Origin: Heterodontus francisci
Taxonomy: Eukaryota
Direction: 5' to 3'
Length of the DNA: 64,000 nucleotides
NCBI RefSeq assembly: GCF_036365525.1
Contig: NC_090378.1
Coordinates: 122,931,593 to 122,995,592, forward strand
Position numbers and translations under genes: made by a program. Positions within the stretch are counted from its first letter, which is position 1. The number at the start of each line of letters is the position of its first letter. Below, piece after piece: positions 12,401 to 24,177 of the stretch. The notes beneath the pieces were generated by a model. It ran no database searches, had not been told where the DNA came from, and saw only the letters and a program-made list of their open reading frames with translations.

Positions 12401-15400
12401 GAGCCTTGGCTGGAGACGGCACTGGATGAATGGAGCCCTGGCTGGAGACTGCACTGGATGAATGGAGCCCTGGCTGAAGACTGAACTGGATGAATGGAGC
12501 CCTGACTGGAGACGGCACTGGATGAATCGAGCCCTGGCAGAAGACTGAACTGGATGAATGGTGCCCTGACTGGAGACTGCACTGGATGAATGGAGCCCTG
12601 ACTGGAGACTGCACTGGATGAATGGAGCCTTGACCGGAGACTGCACTGGATGAATGGAGCCCTGGATGGAGACTGCACTGGATGAATGGAGCCCTGGCTG
12701 AAGACTGAACCGAATGAATGGAGCCCTGACTGCAGACGGCACTGGATGAATGGAGCCCTGGCTGAAGACTGAACTGGATGAATGGAGCCCTGGCTGGAGA
12801 CTGCACTGGATAAATGGAGCCCTGGCTAGAGACTGCATTGGATGAATGGAGCCATGGCTGGAGACTGCACTGGATGAATGGAGCCCTGACCATAGACTGC
12901 ACTGGATGAATGGAGCCCTGGTTAGAGACTGCATTGGATAATTGGAGCCATGGCTGGAAACTGCACTGGATGAATGGAGCCTTGGCTGGAGACTGCACTG
13001 GATGAATGGAGCCCTGGCTGGAGACTGCACTGGATGAATGGAGCCCTGACTGGAGACTGCAAAGGATGAATGGAGCATTGGCTGGAGACTGCACTGGATG
13101 AATGGAGCCCTGGCTGGAGACTGCACTGGATGAATGGAGCCCTGGCTAGAGACTGCACTGGATGAATGGAGCCCTGGCTAGAGACTGCACTGGATGAATG
13201 GAGCCCAGGCTGGAGACTGCACTGGATGAATGGAGCCCTGGCTAGAGACTGCACTGGATGAATGGAGCCCTGGCTGGAGACTGCACTGGATGAATGGAGC
13301 CCTGGCTAGAGACTGCACTGGATGAATGGAGCCCTGACTGGAGACGGCACTGGATGAATCGAACCCTGGCTGAAAAATAAACTGGATGAATGGAGCCCTG
13401 ACTGGAGACGGCACTAGATGAATCGAGCCCTGGCTGAAGACTAAACTGGATGAATGGAGCCCTGGCTGGAGACTGCACTGGATGAATAGAGCCCTGGATA
13501 GAGACTGCATTGGATGAATGGAGCCATGGCTGGAGACTGCAATGGATGAATGGAGCCTTGGCTGGAGACTGCACTGGATGAATGGAGCTCTGGCTGGAGA
13601 CTGCACTGGATGAATGGATCCCTGACTGGAGACTGCACTGGATGAATGGAGCCCTGACTGGAGACTGCACTGGATGAATGGAGCCCTGGCTGGAGACTGC
13701 ACTGGATGAATGGAGCCCTGGCTAGAGACTGCACTGGATGAATGGAGCCTTGGCTGGAGACGGCACTGGATGAATGGAGCCCTGGCTGGAGACTGCACTG
13801 GATGAATGGAGCTCTGGCTGGAGACTGCACTGGATGAATGGAGCCCTGACTGGAGACTGCACTGGATGAATGGAGCCCTGAGTGGAGACTGCACTGGATG
13901 AATGGAGCCCTGGCTGGAGACTGCACTGGATGAATGGAGCCCTGGCTAGAGACTGCACTGGATGAATGGAGCCTTGGCTGGAGACGGCACTGGATGAATG
14001 GAGCCCTGGCTGGAGACTGCACTGGATGAATGGAGCCCTGGCTGGAGACTGCACTGGATGAATGGAGCCCTGGCTGGAGACTGAACTGGATGAATGGAGC
14101 CCTGACTGGAGACGGCACTGGATGAACGGAGCCCTGACTGGAGACTGAACTGGATGAATGGAGCCCTGACTGGAGACGGCACTGGATGAACGGAGCCCTG
14201 ACTGGAGACGGCACTGGATGAATGGAGCCCTGGCTGGAGACTGCACTGGATGAATGGAGCCTTGACCGGAGACTGCACTGGATGAATGGAGCCCTGGCTG
14301 GAGACTGCACTGGATGAATGGAGCCCTGACTGGAGACGGCACTGGATGAATCGAGCCCTGACTGAAGACTGAACTGGATGAATGGAGCCCTGACTGGAGA
14401 CTGCACTGGATGAACGGAGCCCTGACTGGAGACTGCACTGGATGAATGGAGCCTTGACCGGCGACTGCACTGGATGAATGGAGCCCTGGCTGGAGACTGC
14501 ACTATATGAATGGAGCCCTGGTTAGAGACTGCATTGGATAATTGGAGCCATGGCTGGAAACTGCACTGGATGAATGGAGCCTTGGCTGGAGACTGCACTG
14601 GATGAATGGAGCCCTGGCTGGAGACTGCACTGGATGAATGGAGCCCTGGCGAGAGACTGCACTGGATGAATGGAGCCTTGGATGGAGACTGAACTGGATG
14701 AATGGAGCCCTGACTGGAGACTGCACTGGATGAACGGAGCCCTGACTGGACACTGCACTGGATGAATGGAGCCTTGACCGGCGACTGCACTGGATGAATG
14801 GAGCCCTGGCTGGAGACTGCACTATATGAATGGAGCCCTGGTTAGAGACTGCATTGGATAATTGGAGCCATGGCTAAGGACTGCACTGGATGAATGGAGC
14901 ATTGACTGGAGACTGCACTGGATGAATGGAGCCCTGGCTGGAGACTGCACTGGATGAATGGAGCCCTGGCGAGAGGCTGCACTGGATGAATGGAGCCTTG
15001 GATGGAGACGGCACTGGATGAATGGAGCCCTGGCTGGAGACTGCACTGGATGAATGGAGCCCTGGCTAGAGACTGCACTGGATGAATGGTGCCCTGACTG
15101 GAGACTGCACTGGATGAACGGAGCCCTGACTGGAGACTGCACTGGATGAATGGAGCCTTGACTGGAGACTGCACTGGATGAATGGAGCCCTGGATGGACA
15201 CTGCACTGGATGAATGGAGCCCTGGCTGAAGACTGAACTGGATGAATGGAGCCCTGACTGGAGACGGCACTGGATGAATGGAGCCCTGGCTGAAGACTGA
15301 ACTGGATGAATGGAGCCCTGGCTGGAGACTGCACTGGATGAATGGAGCCCTGGCTAGAGACTGCATTGGATGAATGGAGCCATGGCTGAAGACTGCACTG

Positions 15401-16035
15401 GATGAATGGAGCCTTGGCTAGAGACGGCACTGGATGAATGGAGCCCTGGCTGGAGACTGCACTGGATGAATGGAGCTCTGGCTGGAGACTGCACTGGATG
15501 AATGGAGCCCTGGCTGGAGACTGCACTGGATGAATGGAGCCCTGACCATAGAATGCACTGGATGAATGGAGCCCTGGCTGGAGACTGCACTGGATGAATG
15601 GAGCCCTGGCTAGAGACTGCCCTGGATGAATGGAGCCTTGGCTGGAGACGGCACTGGATGAATGGAGCCCTGGCTGGAGACGGCACTGGATGAACGGAGC
15701 CCTGACTGGAGACGGCACTGGATGAATGGAGCCCTGGCTGGAGACGGCACTGGATGAACGGAGCCCTGACTGGAGACTGCACTGGATGAATGGAACCCTG
15801 ACTGGAGACTGCGCTCGATGAATGGAGCCCTGGCTGGAGACGGCACTGGATGAACGGAGCCCTGACTGGAGACGGCACTTGATGAATGGAGCCCTGACTG
15901 GGGACTGCACTGTATGAATGGAGCCCTGGCTGGAGACTGCACTGGATGAATGGAGCCCTAGCTGGAGACTGCACTGGATGAATGGAGCCCCGGCTGGAGA
16001 CTGCACTGGATGAATTGCGCTCTGTCTGGAGACTG
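9479..16035. repeat. 32-bp tandem satellite (TGGATGAATGGAGCCCTGGCTGGAGACTGCAC)n, ~204 units
   Basis: Direct periodicity; repeated variant blocks at offsets of 1344 and 1472 bp. Confidence 0.98.
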
Positions 16036-16169
16036 ATGAGTATAAACGTTACTGCAAACACTGAGCCATGGCTGATACTTTACATGCAGCAAGGGTTCGA
16101 GTGTAATTCCACCATTGTATTAGAAATTGGGCAGGAACAGGCGCACTCCGGATCTATAGACTCCTGTCT

Positions 16170-16610
16170 TCAATGACTGAGCATCCACTGCTCTCTGGGA
16201 AACAGAATTCCAAAGATGCACAACCCCTTGAGTTGAAGAACTTTATCCTGATCTCAGTCCGAAATGGCCGACCCCTTATTCTGAGACTGTGACCCCTAGT
16301 TCTAGATTCCCCAGCCAGGGGAAAACATCCTCCCAGTATCTACCCTGTCAATCACATTAAAAATTGTATATCTTTCAATCAGATCACCTCTCATTCTTCT
16401 ACATTTCAGGGAATAATATCCCAGTCTACTCAATCTCTCCTCATAGGACAATCCCCGCATCCCAGGAATCAATCTGGTGAATCTTTGCTGCTCTCCTTCC
16501 AAGGCCAGAATATCCTTCCTTTGGTCAAGAGACCAAAACTGGCCACAGTTCTCCAGGTGTGGTCTCAGCAAGGTCCGATCCAACTGCAATAAGACTTCTT
16601 CACTCTTCCA
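16170..16610 (-). mobile_element. CR1-clade LINE fragment, ORF2 C-terminal region
   Basis: ORF 16302-16649: VLLQLDRTLLRPHLENCGQFWS...QQRFTRLIPGMRGLSYEERLSRLGYYSLKCRRMRGDLIE, typical CR1 ORF2 end. Confidence 0.88.
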
Positions 16611-16631
16611 TGTACAAGAGCTGACACAGAG

Positions 16632-16760
16632 TCTCTGTCTCCATCTCACTCCCTCTCACTCCCTCTCTCTCTCTCTCCATCTCAGTCCCTCTCACTCCCT
16701 CTCTCTCTCTCTCCATCTCACTCTCTCTTTTTCTCTCTCTCAATCTCTATCCCATCTTCT
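16632..16760. repeat. CT-rich low-complexity/microsatellite tract
   Basis: (CT)n with CTCACTCCCT subrepeats. Confidence 0.85.
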
Positions 16761-17038
16761 ACCTCTGATGGTGTTCTATGGATGTGAGTGTTTAATATAA
16801 GGTGGTGTTTGTCAGTATATTTTCACTGCCGTATGATTTATGAACATGGTGAGAGGGGATTAGGGATCTGTTCTTTGATGTGAGGCAGTGATGTCTGTCC
16901 TAGTGACTCAGACTGTGATGCTGTTGTTTTCTGTGACTGACACTATGATATCGATTGTAATTTCACTCAGTGTGACAGGAGGTTACATGGCTTGATCAGT
17001 GGTGAGGGCGGAGCAGACTGAACAAGGAGCTGTCATCA

Positions 17039-17129
17039 TCAGTCACTGCCGAACACCTTCACACACACCGCACAGTCCGGAAACTTCTTCACTAAATATT
17101 CTTTCAGCTCCTTAATTACAGCCCTGGAT
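17039..17129 (-). CDS. Possible 3'-terminal coding exon of an unidentified gene (SRAVIKELKEYLVKKFPDCAVCVKVFGSD*)
   Basis: Strong polypyrimidine acceptor TTTCTCTTTTTCCCTTTTCAG, one open frame ending TGA TGA TGA, ATTAAA ~245 nt downstream (16791-16796, minus); no homology recognised. Confidence 0.3.
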
Positions 17130-17384
17130 CTGAAAAGGGAAAAAGAGAAAGACATCTTTTAGAGACGGTCAATGGACACAATGCAGACTGTGCATTACCC
17201 ACTAATGACACTACGTCCACATTTAACTCATTGTTTAAACTCCAGCACACCTCCTGTTCCAGTCCACATGTTTCAGCCAAAGAGCCGTATAATTCTACAG
17301 CACAGGAGGAGGCCGTTCAGACTCTCGTCTCTCTGACGGCTGTTTGCTCGAGTAATTCACGACTAACATCTCAGTTTAATATCT

Positions 17385-18162
17385 GTTGTGGGGAAGTTAT
17401 TTGAATCTGTTATTAGGGACAGAATGACTGACAAATATAAACTGATCAGAGAGAGTCAGCACGGATTTAAAAAGGGTGAAACATGTTTAACTAATCGAGT
17501 TGTATTTTTTGAAGAGGTCACTAATGTGGTCGATAAGGGAATGTCTATGGATGTTATTTATATGGATTTCCAGAAGGCATTTGAGAAGGTTCCACACAAG
17601 AGACTGTTCGCAAAATAGAAGCATATGGAATGTGAGGAAACCTTTTGACATGGGTAAGGAATTGGTTAGGAGGTAGGAGACAGAGAGTAGGGATAATGTG
17701 AGGCAAGATGAGGCAACATCGAGGTGTTGCTGGAACAGGAGCCAATGTAGGTTAGTGATCACAGTGATGGGGGAATGTGAATTCAGGGGTGATCTCATTG
17801 AGGTATTTAAGATGAATAAAGGATTAAGATGATTCGGAGAGATGGCGAGAAACTGTTTCCTCTGGTGGGGGAGTCGAGAACAAGGGGACATAATCTTAAT
17901 ATTAGAGCTCGGGGTGATGTCAGGAGGCATTTCTTCACATAAAGGCGAGTGGAAATCGGGAACTCTCTCCCTCATAAAGCTGTTGAGGCTGAAGATCAAT
18001 TTAAACATTTAACAATGAGCTTGATAGATTTTGTTGGGTCGGGGTATTGTGGGTTATGCAACCAAGGCAGGGAGATGGAGATCAGATACAGATCAGATGA
18101 TCTAACTGGAGGATAGAACAGGCTCGATGGGCTGAACAGCCTCCTCCTGTTCCTATATTCCC
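17385..18162 (+). mobile_element. CR1-clade LINE fragment, internally deleted (RT piece plus 3' end)
   Basis: ORF 17388-17618 SQHGFKKGETCLTN...DVIYMDFQKAFEKVPHKRL; second part encodes RGDLIEVFK-like segment and ends in GGCTCGATGGGCTGAACAGCCTCCTCCTGTTCCTATATTCC (CR1-type 3' tail); short L2-like filler at ~17735-17780. Confidence 0.85.
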
Positions 18163-18339
18163 AATCCCACTACCCTGCTCTATCCCCATAGTCCTGTATT
18201 CTCCTCAGATTCACATGTTTATTGAATACAATTTGAATAAAAACCTGAAGTTTAATCCCCGAGAGGCTGCTGAATGTTTAGTGAATTCTCGGTTTTGATT
18301 TCAGATTTCTACTATCTGTAGTTTTTAGTTTCCAAACGC

Positions 18340-18660
18340 TGTTGATTGTTTTAATTCAAGGGTTTATCGATCTGCATTTCCACTTTCAAGGAATGATGTA
18401 ATTGAACCCGAGATCTCTCTGCTTCTACACATCCTTCATCAGCTTTTCACTCCTTTTCCTTCCAAAACCCATCATCTCAAACCCCTCGACATTGAATTGT
18501 GTCAGTCTCCGATCTGTCCCTTCCCTGATCCCTCTCCCCAAGTCTTTGTCTCTTCTCCTCCCTGTTTGTCAAACCTCTCCTTCTGTGTAATCAGCACATT
18601 CCAATGATCGTGCTCCCTCTGTCCAAGACCAAATCATCGATATATATCAGCAACAAGTCA
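18340..18660 (-). mobile_element. Old CR1-like RT fragment
   Basis: Reverse complement of ~18629-18657 reads LLLIYIDDL (CR1 LFLIYINDL motif); highly decayed. Confidence 0.45.
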
Positions 18661-19300
18661 CCTCTTTAATGTAGAGAAACATCGCACGCCACCTCACATG
18701 ACATCAGGAAAACAGACACAAGTAATACAGAGAGATTAGGAGGGGTGACCAAATGCTTGGTTAAAGATGTGGGTTTTAAGGAGGGTGAAGTGTTTCAAGG
18801 AGACCAAGGTTAAAGGAGGTTCTAGATATGGGGGGTGGGTCAAGACTACGGAGGGATTTCAATCCAGAGAGTAGAATTTTACATTGAAATTTGAGGGTGT
18901 TTGGGGATGGAAGCCCAATGTAGGTCAGCATGGACGGGGGTGATGGTGAACAGGACTTGGTTTGGAACAGGATAGAGAGAGCAGAGCTTCGGATGAGCTG
19001 AAGAATACAGAGAGTGGAGGATGGCAGTCTGGTCAGGAGAACACTGGAATAGTAAAGTTAGAGGTGACAAAGACATGAAGAAGAGTTTCAGTAGTGGAAG
19101 GAGTGAGGGAGGGGCAGAGATGGGCAATGTTACAGAGGGGAAAGTGGATAATCATTGAGATGTGGAGGATTTGGGGTCAGATCAGGGTCAAAGATGAGAC
19201 TAAGGTTGCAAAGAGTCTGGTTCGGCAGCAGACAGTGTTCAGGGAGAGGGATGGAGTTTGTACCAGGAACTGAAGACAATGGCTTTGATCTTCCCAATGT
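18660..19300 (-). mobile_element. L2-clade LINE 3' fragment
   Basis: ITPVHADLHW (L2 ITPVLxxLHWLP motif) in ORF 18879-19127 and an ETLLHVFVTS-like segment; frameshifted. Confidence 0.75.
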
Positions 19301-19357
19301 GTCCCCCAGTGAGACTGGGTCCTCAGTGCTGACTGGTCTTAGCTGCTGTTATTTTCA

Positions 19358-19532
19358 CTGATTGGACGGTTATTATTAGAGACTCCGACCACAGCAGAAA
19401 TCCCCAATGTAAAAAATAACTGCAAAGACTGTCAGATCGGAAGATTGAAACTTAACTAACAGAGGAAGTGAAAGAAGGAGCTCGGAGCAGCTGGACGTTT
19501 GTTAATGACACGGGACAAAACTGTGAACCGCA
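19358..19532. promoter_or_regulatory. Candidate lymphoid/B-cell enhancer (CCAAT/Y box, RUNX, NF-kB, EICE, E-box, RUNX)
   Basis: CTGATTGG 19358-65; ACCACA 19388-93; AGAAATCCCC 19396-405; AGAGGAAGTGAAAG 19461-74; CAGCTG 19488-93; AACCGCA 19526-32, all in a short non-repetitive island; motif-only evidence. Confidence 0.4.
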
Positions 19533-19540
19533 CACACTAC

Positions 19541-19672
19541 CTAGAATCTTACAGCACAGAAGGAGGCCATTCAGCCCATCGTGCCTGTGAGCTACCCAAT
19601 TCCTCCCACTGCCCCTCTCCAGCCCCATAACCCAGCAAATCTTTCCTTTTCAGGTCTATCTCCAATTCCCTC
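19541..19672 (-). mobile_element. CR1-type LINE/SINE 3' tail fragment
   Basis: TAGAATCTTACAGCACAGAAGGAGGCCATTCAGCCCATC, reverse of a CR1-type 3' end; similar shorter piece at ~17290-17340. Confidence 0.6.
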
Positions 19673-19711
19673 TTCTAGACCTGGGCCCACAGTACGAGAC
19701 TGTCCCTAACC

Positions 19712-20672
19712 TGGGCTCGAAATTGGCATCTCATTCATTCATTGGAAGACAAAATGCCTGGTGTGGGAAATGGAGCTCAGGACTCGGAACATTCCCTCTC
19801 CCCTCCTGAGGGACACTTCATGCTGGGGTAACAGTTCCATGGGCCCGACAGCACATTCCTACCTCACTCACTTCCCCATTCTGTGGGTGAACAATATGGT
19901 GGTCACACATGTGGTCCCCGTGCCGCCATGCTACCACGATCGACCGCACGGCGGCCCAACATAAAACGATGGTCGTGCTGCCCCCTCAATCACGTGGAGG
20001 GTGGGTGCTCTGCCACGCTGGCAACAGCATCAGCTGCCTTTACACAGGTGCTGGTGCCATTTTGAAAGGACAGCCAGTCCTGCTGCTACATTTACATTTT
20101 TAATGGCCGAACCCCTCCCCACCCAATGAACTGCAAAATAAACTCTCGCCCCTTCCCCCCAATAACAATTAAATGTAATGGTTGTCCTCCTCTCCCCCAA
20201 CAAAACACTTACCAGCAAGACTTGACCTTTCCCCCAAACTGATCAAAGTTCAGAGGTCACCCCTTCCCACCCTCCCCTACACTATTAATGCTGATTGGAT
20301 CCTGATCCCCCTCTCACTGCACTAAAGGTCCTAAGTCTCCCCCCATCCCCACCTCGGTGGTGCTAGTTTTCCCTGGACGGGGAAGTGAAGGTGTGAGTGC
20401 CAGCCGCCGCTCGGAAGATCGCGGGCAGCCGGGAAGATTGCTGTTGATTTTATTTAAATTTATTCATTTACCTAATTTAAATATGTAAAGTCGGATCCCG
20501 TCACCCAGCAGCGGAGGGACCGCCCTGGAGCCACGTCACCACCAGGAAGATCGGGTCCGACACTCCTGGCGTCGGACTCCGTGTCCGGCCGCTGTCAGAA
20601 TGATCTTCCGGCCCCCCCGCCACCATCCCCCGCCACGGATCCCGACATCGGGACCTCAACAAAATCCCAGCC
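19712..20672. mobile_element. Non-autonomous DNA transposon (MITE-like, probably Harbinger-type)
   Basis: Ends GGGCTCGAAATT ... AAAATCCCAGCC; internal GCCATTTTGAAAGGACAGCCAGTCCTGC is homologous to CCATTTTTAAAGGGCAGTCAGTCCTGC in the 24.2-25.0 kb element. Confidence 0.5.
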
Positions 20673-20767
20673 TACATGTGTAAACCTGGACCCTGTTAGC
20701 AGGATATTTGACTGCAGGGGCCATCACAACTGTGTCCAATTCTGTCCCCACCTGAAATCCACACACA

Positions 20768-21395
20768 ACTTGCATTTATATAGCACCTTTAAAGTACAAA
20801 ACATCACAAGATGCTTCACAGAGCCACAGTAAGAGGAACGGGGTAGGGGGTGAGGAGACTTTCGGAAGAGTGATCAAAGTCTTGGGTGAAAGGATGGAGT
20901 TTGATGGAGCAGAGAGAGACCTGGAGAGGGGGAGGGATTAATGGCGGGAGTTCAGAGAGCAGGGCCGAGGCATCTGAAGGCTCTGCTGTCAATGGTGGGA
21001 TGAAGGAAGCAGCGATGGGCAGGAGAGGCGAGTTAGAAGATGGAAGAGTGAGGGAGGGAATGTGAGTCTGCAGCAGGAGGCAGAGGGTAGGGAGGAGGGA
21101 AACAGAGGTCAGTGAGGTCAGGGTAGTAGGTCAGTGAGGTCAGGGGTAGTGTTGGAACGGCACTTGGTGTCAGACAGTGTACTGACCACTGCATTTCAGA
21201 CAAGTCGGGGTTTATGGAGAGTGGATGAAAGAAGCCGGCAGCAGACATGGGAATAATCAAGTTTGGAGACAAGATGAGCAGGGATAAGGGTTTGTGTGGT
21301 CAAGGGGCTGATGTAGTGTAGAGACAGGCAATGTTGTGTGGACAGAAATAAGAGGCTCACTGATGGAGAGGATGTGGGGTTTGAAGCTCAACTAC
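20768..21395 (-). mobile_element. L2-clade LINE 3' fragment
   Basis: TTGCATTTATATAGCACCTTT L2-type terminus; reverse translation QTLIPAHLVSKLDYS (L2 LVHALVTSRLDY motif). Confidence 0.7.
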
Positions 21396-21399
21396 TTTA

Positions 21400-22104
21400 G
21401 GCCCAGTGGGAAGGAGGCCCATGTTTACTGGTCCCTATTGGAGGGCCAGTGGGAAGGAGGCCCATGTTTACTGGTCCCTATTGGAGGGCCAGTGGGAAGG
21501 AGGCCCATGTTTACTGATCCCTACTGGAGGCCCAGTGGGATGGAGGCCCATGTTTGCTGGTCCCTATTGGATGCCCAGTGGGAAGGAGGCCCATGTTTAC
21601 TGGTCCCTATTGGAGGGTCCAGTGGGAAGGAGGCCCATGTTTACTGGTCCCTATTGGATGCCCAGTGGGAAGAAGGCCCATGTTTACTGGTCCCTATTGG
21701 AGGGTCCAGTGGGAAGGAGGCCCATGTTTACTGGTCCCTATTGGAGGGTCCAGTGGGAAGGAGGCCCGTGTTTACTGGTCCCTATTGGAGGCCCAGTGGG
21801 AAGGAGGCCCATGTTTGCTGGTCCCTATTGGAGGCCCAGTGGGAAGGAGGCCCATGTTTACTGGTCCCTATTGGATGCCCAGTGGGAAGGAGGCCCATGT
21901 TTACTGGTCCCGATTGGAGGGTCCAGTGGGAAGGAGGCCCATGCTTACTGGTCCCTATTGAAGGGTCCAGTGGGAAGGAGGCCCATGTTTATTGGTCCCG
22001 ATTGGAGGGTTCAGTGGGAAGGAGGCCCATGTTTACTGTTCCCTATTGGAGGTCCAGTGAGAAGGAGGCCCATGTTTACTGGTCCCTATTGGAGGTCCAG
22101 TGGA
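21400..22104. repeat. 43/44-bp minisatellite (CCAGTGGGAAGGAGGCCCATGTTTACTGGTCCCTATTGGAGGG)n, ~16 units
   Basis: CCAGTGGG recurs at 21403, 21446, 21489 and onward. Confidence 0.95.
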
Positions 22105-22987
22105 ACATGGTCACCATGGTTGATGTGAAGCAAAGCTCCTTCATGTTGTAAATGTGTGATTGTCGACCCCTCATCCCAGTAAAACTCCATGACCCGGAGC
22201 CTGACCATGGAAAGGGATGGAGACGGGAAGGGATTAGAACATGTTATGAGCTGACAGGATGGGGCAGTGGGTCAGACCCTATCCTGTCCCTCCAGCTCAC
22301 ACTGATGGGGTGAGGATCTCCTCTCTCTGCTGGGCCTTCATGAAATGAACTTTCTGTCCAAACCAGTCCCATTGAGAATAGGCCAACAGCACAGAACTGT
22401 CCTAAATTTGACAATAATCTGCCAGTCTTACTGAGAGAGGTCAAAGCATGGTCACTGTGGGGAATGGGGCCTTACTCCAGGAGAAGGCATGTTTCTGGGG
22501 TCAAGAATTAACAACCATTGATGGGGCAGAGCAGAGGGAGTTTTACCCTTCATTTAACTGCTCCACCTGGCAGACTGTGGGAAAGAGAGAGAGGTGGAGG
22601 CTGTGAGACAGAGTGAGAGAAAGAGAGAGGGGGAGGCATTTAACTGCTGCACCAGGCCTCAAAGTGTTCCAGTCTCCAGTAATAACTCCTGTTATAGAGA
22701 TCAGTTACAGAATTACAGAACAATGGAGGGTGGGAGAGAGAGATGAGTCGGCAGAGGAACAAAGACAGAGAGATAGAGACAGGGAAAGAGGGAGAGAGAA
22801 ACGCAATGGGAGAGAGAGACCAGAAATGAGAGAGAATGAGAAAGAGACAGAGCGACAGGGAGGAGAGCAAAACAGGGAGAGCGAGATGGGAAGAATGTGA
22901 AAGACAGATATGCAATGAGAGAGAGGAGGGTGAAAGTATAACTGAGAGAGATACAGAGAGGTGGACGAACAGGGTGATAGAAATCCA

Positions 22988-23650
22988 AGGATGAATTTTA
23001 TGAGTGTTGTCGGGATGGAGACTGTGCAGATGTGTCGTCCCGGAGCCCCCGCGATATTACACATAGGGGCTCATTTAAATAAAGGTGTATTATTGTAAAA
23101 CTTTATTAAATAAAAATCTTTGTGATGGAAGCCCTTCCCCAACTCCCCAATGGTCATTTCATTGCCCGAAATGATCAACAACTGGCTTTTTCAAATACCT
23201 GAACTTTCACCCCAACCTTCAATCTTTTACCCTTCAACCTCTTCCCACCATCCCCACATCCAATCAAAATTGTTTTCCCCGCTCCCCCGCTCCCCCACCC
23301 CTCCCACCCTGAAAGTTTTATTCCTCCCCGCTCTCCACCAGGTTCCCGCCTCGGAATTCCGTACGGAGTTCCGAAGGTGCGCGAGGTATGAACGGTGGTG
23401 GTAAAATCGGTGTGGGACAGCCGCACCTGCAGGTAAGTTTATTTACATATCATTAAGGTTCATTTTAATATGGAGATGAAGGTCCCGCCACCAGTGGCAG
23501 TGGGCGGTGGCACCAATGTCCCCTCGCCACTGGTAATATGCGGCGAGCCCTTCTCCACAACACGGGGGGTCGAGGCGGGCGACTCCCCACATAATTTTAC
23601 CTGCCCCAGCGCTGTGACCCGCGAGTGGAGGGGCTGGTAAAATTCAGCCC
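22988..23650. mobile_element. Non-autonomous DNA transposon with 13-bp imperfect TIRs
   Basis: Left AGGATGAATTTTA (22988-23000) versus right TAAAATTCAGCCC (23638-23650; rc GGGCTGAATTTTA), 11/13 match. Confidence 0.6.
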
Positions 23651-23689
23651 AGAGGCTCGAATCCTGAGACAGAGAGAGGGAGAGGGAGA

Positions 23690-24177
23690 NNNNNNNNNNN
23701 NNNNNNNNNNNNNNNNNNNNNNNNNNNNNNNNNNNNNNNNNNNNNNNNNNNNNNNNNNNNNNNNNNNNNNNNNNNNNNNNNNNNNNNNNNNNNNNNNNNN
23801 NNNNNNNNNNNNNNNNNNNNNNNNNNNNNNNNNNNNNNNNNNNNNNNNNNNNNNNNNNNNNNNNNNNNNNNNNNNNNNNNNNNNNNNNNNNNNNNNNNNN
23901 NNNNNNNNNNNNNNNNNNNNNNNNNNNNNNNNNNNNNNNNNNNNNNNNNNNNNNNNNNNNNNNNNNNNNNNNNNNNNNNNNNNNNNNNNNNNNNNNNNNN
24001 NNNNNNNNNNNNNNNNNNNNNNNNNNNNNNNNNNNNNNNNNNNNNNNNNNNNNNNNNNNNNNNNNNNNNNNNNNNNNNNNNNNNNNNNNNNNNNNNNNNN
24101 NNNNNNNNNNNNNNNNNNNNNNNNNNNNNNNNNNNNNNNNNNNNNNNNNNNNNNNNNNNNNNNNNNNNNNNNNNNNN
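23690..24177. other. Assembly gap (488 N)
   Basis: Run of N. Confidence 1.

Noticed and set aside
9467-16061. Many minus-strand ORFs with ARAPFIQCSLQPGLHSSS repeats
   Set aside because: Translations of the 32-bp satellite cycling through frames
21336-22151. ORFs of 271, 240 and 135 aa
   Set aside because: Translations of the 43/44-bp minisatellite
22547-22688. Two tiny minus-strand exons (VITGDWNTLRP and VCQVEQLNEG) phase-compatible with the 17039-17129 exon and resembling a sushi-domain end; 17-bp direct repeat CATTTAACTGCT(C/G)CACC
   Set aside because: Weak donor, acceptors supplied by GA low-complexity sequence and overlap with a probable CR1-derived tail; needs RNA evidence
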